Origin: an uncultured archaeon
GTDB taxonomy: Archaea > Asgardarchaeota > Heimdallarchaeia > Heimdallarchaeales > Kariarchaeaceae
Assembly (NCBI GenBank): GCA_964645535.1
Contig: CAZYCQ010000011.1
Span: 1 to 64,000, forward strand
Direction of reading: 5' to 3'
DNA length: 64,000 nt
Shown here: piece by piece, positions 61,094 through 64,000 of the stretch
How positions within the stretch are numbered: the stretch's first letter is position 1
Layout of the letters: each line of letters begins with the position of its first letter
Notes under the pieces: generated by a model
What the model saw: the letters and a program-made list of their open reading frames with translations, nothing else
Databases searched by the model: none
What the model was told of the DNA's origin: nothing
Made by a program: the position numbers and the translations under genes

Positions 61094-62557
61094 TTACCTT
61101 GAGGGTTGATTTCCTTGAATGTTAATTCCTAAAACACGCTGAATTATGGCTGAACTCATGATGGCACTGAGGAAATACCAGAACCCAAACCCGGCAGCAC
61201 TCAGATTTGGGTCTTCTACATATTGACTGAACCATTTTCCAATAAGGGGTGTTTGCGGAAAGATTCTGAAGGGAAGCACTGCTACGATTGCTCCACGATC
61301 CGGCGTCAGATTCAAGGAAAAGTCCCCCATCACTAACCGTAAGGTGGTGAAAATCGCAATGAGCGGAAGGAAAAGAACCAATTGTGGTAGCATCTGCTTG
61401 AGCATCATCTTCTGCTGTAACGTGTTGATATGGTTGTCCTTTGCTTGAACCTTCTGCCACAATTTCTTGTCGGCCGTTTCCATCGCTCTCTTCTTCAGTT
61501 TCTGATGATCCTGGATTTGCTTCCTGATACGATTCATTTCTTCCATATCCAATAATTTCCGTGTAAGAAACGCAGAAACCAAGGAACTTGCCATGGATAC
61601 AAAAACAAGTATAATTGCTGAACCTGGCGGTCGTACCCAAAAACTGTCTTCAGAAACCACATCCAATACCCAACGGTTATACCACGACGGATTTCTATCT
61701 CCTGCAAGTGTATGTGTCGTTTCTAGGGTATATCTTGCATCTGTGTCCGTACTGTTTTCAACCAAAAATATAATGATTGAAAGCTTAAGCTTAAAGACCT
61801 CCTGATTGAAATAATCCACAAATAACGACCCTTCTTTTTCCACTTTGCCGTAGACGAGAATGTCTGGATATTTTTTCTTCATTTCTGAAGGAGAAGTAAT
61901 ATTCCTTCCAACCGACCGGATGTCTTCTTCATCCAATGCTATCGATCGGTTCACTATTGCAATTCCCATCTCTCCTTCTTCCACATTAAACAACAGATTG
62001 ATCGTTTCATTGCTGCCAAGATCAACATTGTATTTTTTATATTCACTTCCATCAAGCTTATTGTTGCTTCTAGGTTTGAGGATGTTTCCATGAAGGTGGA
62101 CGTCATCCAATGGATGGCTATTGTTTCCGATGACCCCTGTCACTGCCTTCTGGGTCTGAAGTGAAAATTCTCCTTCCGTAAACGTTTCTCTCCCCATCAG
62201 GGTTTCCATTGAATAAACCACCAAAAAAAGACTATCTTGTCTCGAAGGTATCGTAAGTTGTTCCTGTGTTCCGTTGGGACCCTCTGAAATGTCCAATAGA
62301 TATTCTGAGGTATTGGGATCATGGTTTGTTTTGAGTATTCCTTCAATGATATGGATATTGCTTGTCGTGAATAATGCAAGATCTAGATTAAGATCACTTG
62401 AATCATTCAGAGTGACAGTTCCCGAACCTGAACCGGCTATGGAATAAATGTAATAGGATTTGCCCGTTTGGGCAATACCGGAATCCAACCCAACCAATCC
62501 GATAAAAAGTAAGATAGCTAACAGAAACCCTTTTTTCGTCATTCTCCTCAAATCCAC
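61094..62557 (-). CDS. DUF106/EMC3-TMCO1 (Oxa1-superfamily) insertase with large N-terminal ectodomain
   Basis: TM1 + coiled coil (LLDMEEMNR..) + TM2 (LPLIAIF) + GFGFWYFLS; canonical position before rpl34e-cmk; ~290-aa N-terminal extension with signal peptide. Confidence 0.85.
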   Translation of the reverse strand: MDLRRMTKKGFLLAILLFIGLVGLDSGIAQTGKSYYIYSIAGSGSGTVTLNDSSDLNLDLALFTTSNIHIIEGILKTNHDPNTSEYLLDISEGPNGTQEQLTIPSRQDSLFLVVYSMETLMGRETFTEGEFSLQTQKAVTGVIGNNSHPLDDVHLHGNILKPRSNNKLDGSEYKKYNVDLGSNETINLLFNVEEGEMGIAIVNRSIALDEEDIRSVGRNITSPSEMKKKYPDILVYGKVEKEGSLFVDYFNQEVFKLKLSIIIFLVENSTDTDARYTLETTHTLAGDRNPSWYNRWVLDVVSEDSFWVRPPGSAIILVFVSMASSLVSAFLTRKLLDMEEMNRIRKQIQDHQKLKKRAMETADKKLWQKVQAKDNHINTLQQKMMLKQMLPQLVLFLPLIAIFTTLRLVMGDFSLNLTPDRGAIVAVLPFRIFPQTPLIGKWFSQYVEDPNLSAAGFGFWYFLSAIMSSAIIQRVLGINIQGNQPSR

Positions 62558-62649
62558 TTTATTCTTATGATTATCCTCACATTAAATATCGTTGCTATTG
62601 ATTCCCGCTCTTTCACAATTGCTTTAATCCATCATTCCATAAATGAACC

Positions 62650-63324
62650 GTGTCCGATAGAATTGAGGAGGTTCGGAATGCTTACAGAAAAATCTCGTCA
62701 TCTTACCAATCAAAAAAGAACCATCCTTGGAATGAACTCCTTGAAGCCTTGCCCCTCCTCAGTGAACAAAAATCCGGAATCCTCATTGATGTCGGTGGTG
62801 GCAATGGACGCAACATTCAATTGCTCAACCGAAGTTTGACCGTGGTACTTGACCTTTCTGAAGACCTCCTCCGAAATTTTGCGGCAGATAATGGTCTTAA
62901 TCAAAGAGTTTTGGGAGCCCTCCCTTTTCTTCCATTCAGAGATGGATGTTCCAACGAGACCATCTCTATTGCAGTTCTACATCATCTCCCAGATCAATTT
63001 ACCAGAATAGAGGCAATGCGGGACTTGAGGAGGATTACCTGTGAAAAGGGAAAGATTGTGTTCACCGTTTGGAGACGATGGAGACGAGGTCATCGCGAAA
63101 AACTAATTGAACGTATCAAGAAAGAAGAACCAATCGATGATCTTGTCGATCACCTTCGTCCTTGGAAAGATTCATCTGGGAAGACTCTTGCACATCGCTT
63201 CTATCACTACTATACCTTTCGGGAACTACTCGAAGAAACAAGTGCCGCTGGAACACAGATCGTCAAATGGTCAAGAATGGGCGGAAAACACAATGATTCC
63301 AATTTTTTGGTTTTTATCAGCTAG
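62650..63324 (+). CDS. Class I SAM methyltransferase, Trm9/ALKBH8-like
   Basis: DVGGGNGR, LPFRD, ISIAVLHHL, VW, PWK...RFYHYY..EL. Confidence 0.75.
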   Translation: MSDRIEEVRNAYRKISSSYQSKKNHPWNELLEALPLLSEQKSGILIDVGGGNGRNIQLLNRSLTVVLDLSEDLLRNFAADNGLNQRVLGALPFLPFRDGCSNETISIAVLHHLPDQFTRIEAMRDLRRITCEKGKIVFTVWRRWRRGHREKLIERIKKEEPIDDLVDHLRPWKDSSGKTLAHRFYHYYTFRELLEETSAAGTQIVKWSRMGGKHNDSNFLVFIS

Positions 63325-63404
63325 TCCGTGATGATCCAATTTTCGCACAAGCCGATATTTCTCACATCAATCCTCAAATATTCAAGTTTCCAACCTAATA
63401 ATAG

Positions 63405-64000
63405 GTGTCCATCCCCAGCTACGACAAGGACAGAATAGAAACCAAGGAAGAACCAAAGGAAACGGAAGGCAAGCTTCCCTTCAGTGAACTGTCCAAGCAA
63501 TATCCATACCAACAACTCCTTGAACAACTTGTTGATGAAGTCCATCAGATTGCCTCCCAAGCGCGAGCAAAGAAACTCGATCCAATCGAGGAAGTGGAAA
63601 TCTACCGTGCAGAGGATGTCGCATCTAGAACCGAAGGACTAGTAGGACCAAAAGGCGTGGCCGAACGACTCCGGGAAATGGAGTTCGTGGAAAAACTTCC
63701 AAAAGAACAAATTGTCATCAAGATTGCTGAAGAAATTGCCTTGGGAAAATTCGGAGATCTCCCACCTCGTGATCTTGCAGAACAGGCCATCCGAACCGCA
63801 CTCTCCGTTCAGACCGAAGGGATCACCGCTGCCCCCATAGAGGGCATATCCAAAGTGAAGATCAAACAAAATGAAGATGGTTCCTCTTATTTGGCCGTCT
63901 ACTATTCCGGACCAATTCGATCTGCAGGGGGAACTGCCCAAGGTGTTTCTGTCCTTATAGCTGACCATGTACGAAAAACCCTTGGGTTAGACAGGTACAA
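63405..64000 (+). CDS. polC: DNA polymerase D large subunit DP2 (5' part, truncated by window)
   Basis: Manual translation [21 protein letters not shown]...AIRTAL...[12 protein letters not shown]...[14 protein letters not shown]; GTG start at 63405. Confidence 0.96.
   Translation, partial: MSIPSYDKDRIETKEEPKETEGKLPFSELSKQYPYQQLLEQLVDEVHQIASQARAKKLDPIEEVEIYRAEDVASRTEGLVGPKGVAERLREMEFVEKLPKEQIVIKIAEEIALGKFGDLPPRDLAEQAIRTALSVQTEGITAAPIEGISKVKIKQNEDGSSYLAVYYSGPIRSAGGTAQGVSVLIADHVRKTLGLDRY

Overview
Archaeal chromosomal segment. It carries PolD DP2, Rpo11, eS4/eL34/eL37, Rpp29 and intron-containing tRNAs. A longin/DENN-like gene, an Oxa1-family gene and several C-terminally anchored surface proteins suggest an Asgard (Heimdallarchaeia-like) lineage; this is inference. 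The first ~18.8 kb is an accessory region: surface proteins, subtilases, a heptad-repeat PD-(D/E)XK protein, two intron-containing tRNAs, and a GC-richer ~3.8 kb locus. That locus reconstructs, across two -1 frameshifts, into a ~1270-aa protein with an N-terminal PD-(D/E)XK-like nuclease motif and a C-terminal TnpB/Cas12-type RuvC/zinc-ribbon module with degenerate catalytic residues. The rest is mostly housekeeping: glyA, rpoL, KamA-like, pepA, gcvH/PA/PB, a hbd-crt-thiolase-DUF35 cluster, a long Lhr helicase with an AlkZ-like partner, nrdJ with an HD dNTPase, Ncs6/TtuA, Hef, a fragmented ribosomal-protein cluster, cmk, a Trm9-like methyltransferase and the start of polC. The two strongest candidates for novelty are the nuclease-TnpB fusion, with a guide-end-like motif after its stop codon, and a ~130-nt double-pseudoknotted RNA with its own TATA box between rnp1 and rps17. 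No CRISPR array, integrase or transposase was seen. All calls are by-eye motif recognition; no searches were run.
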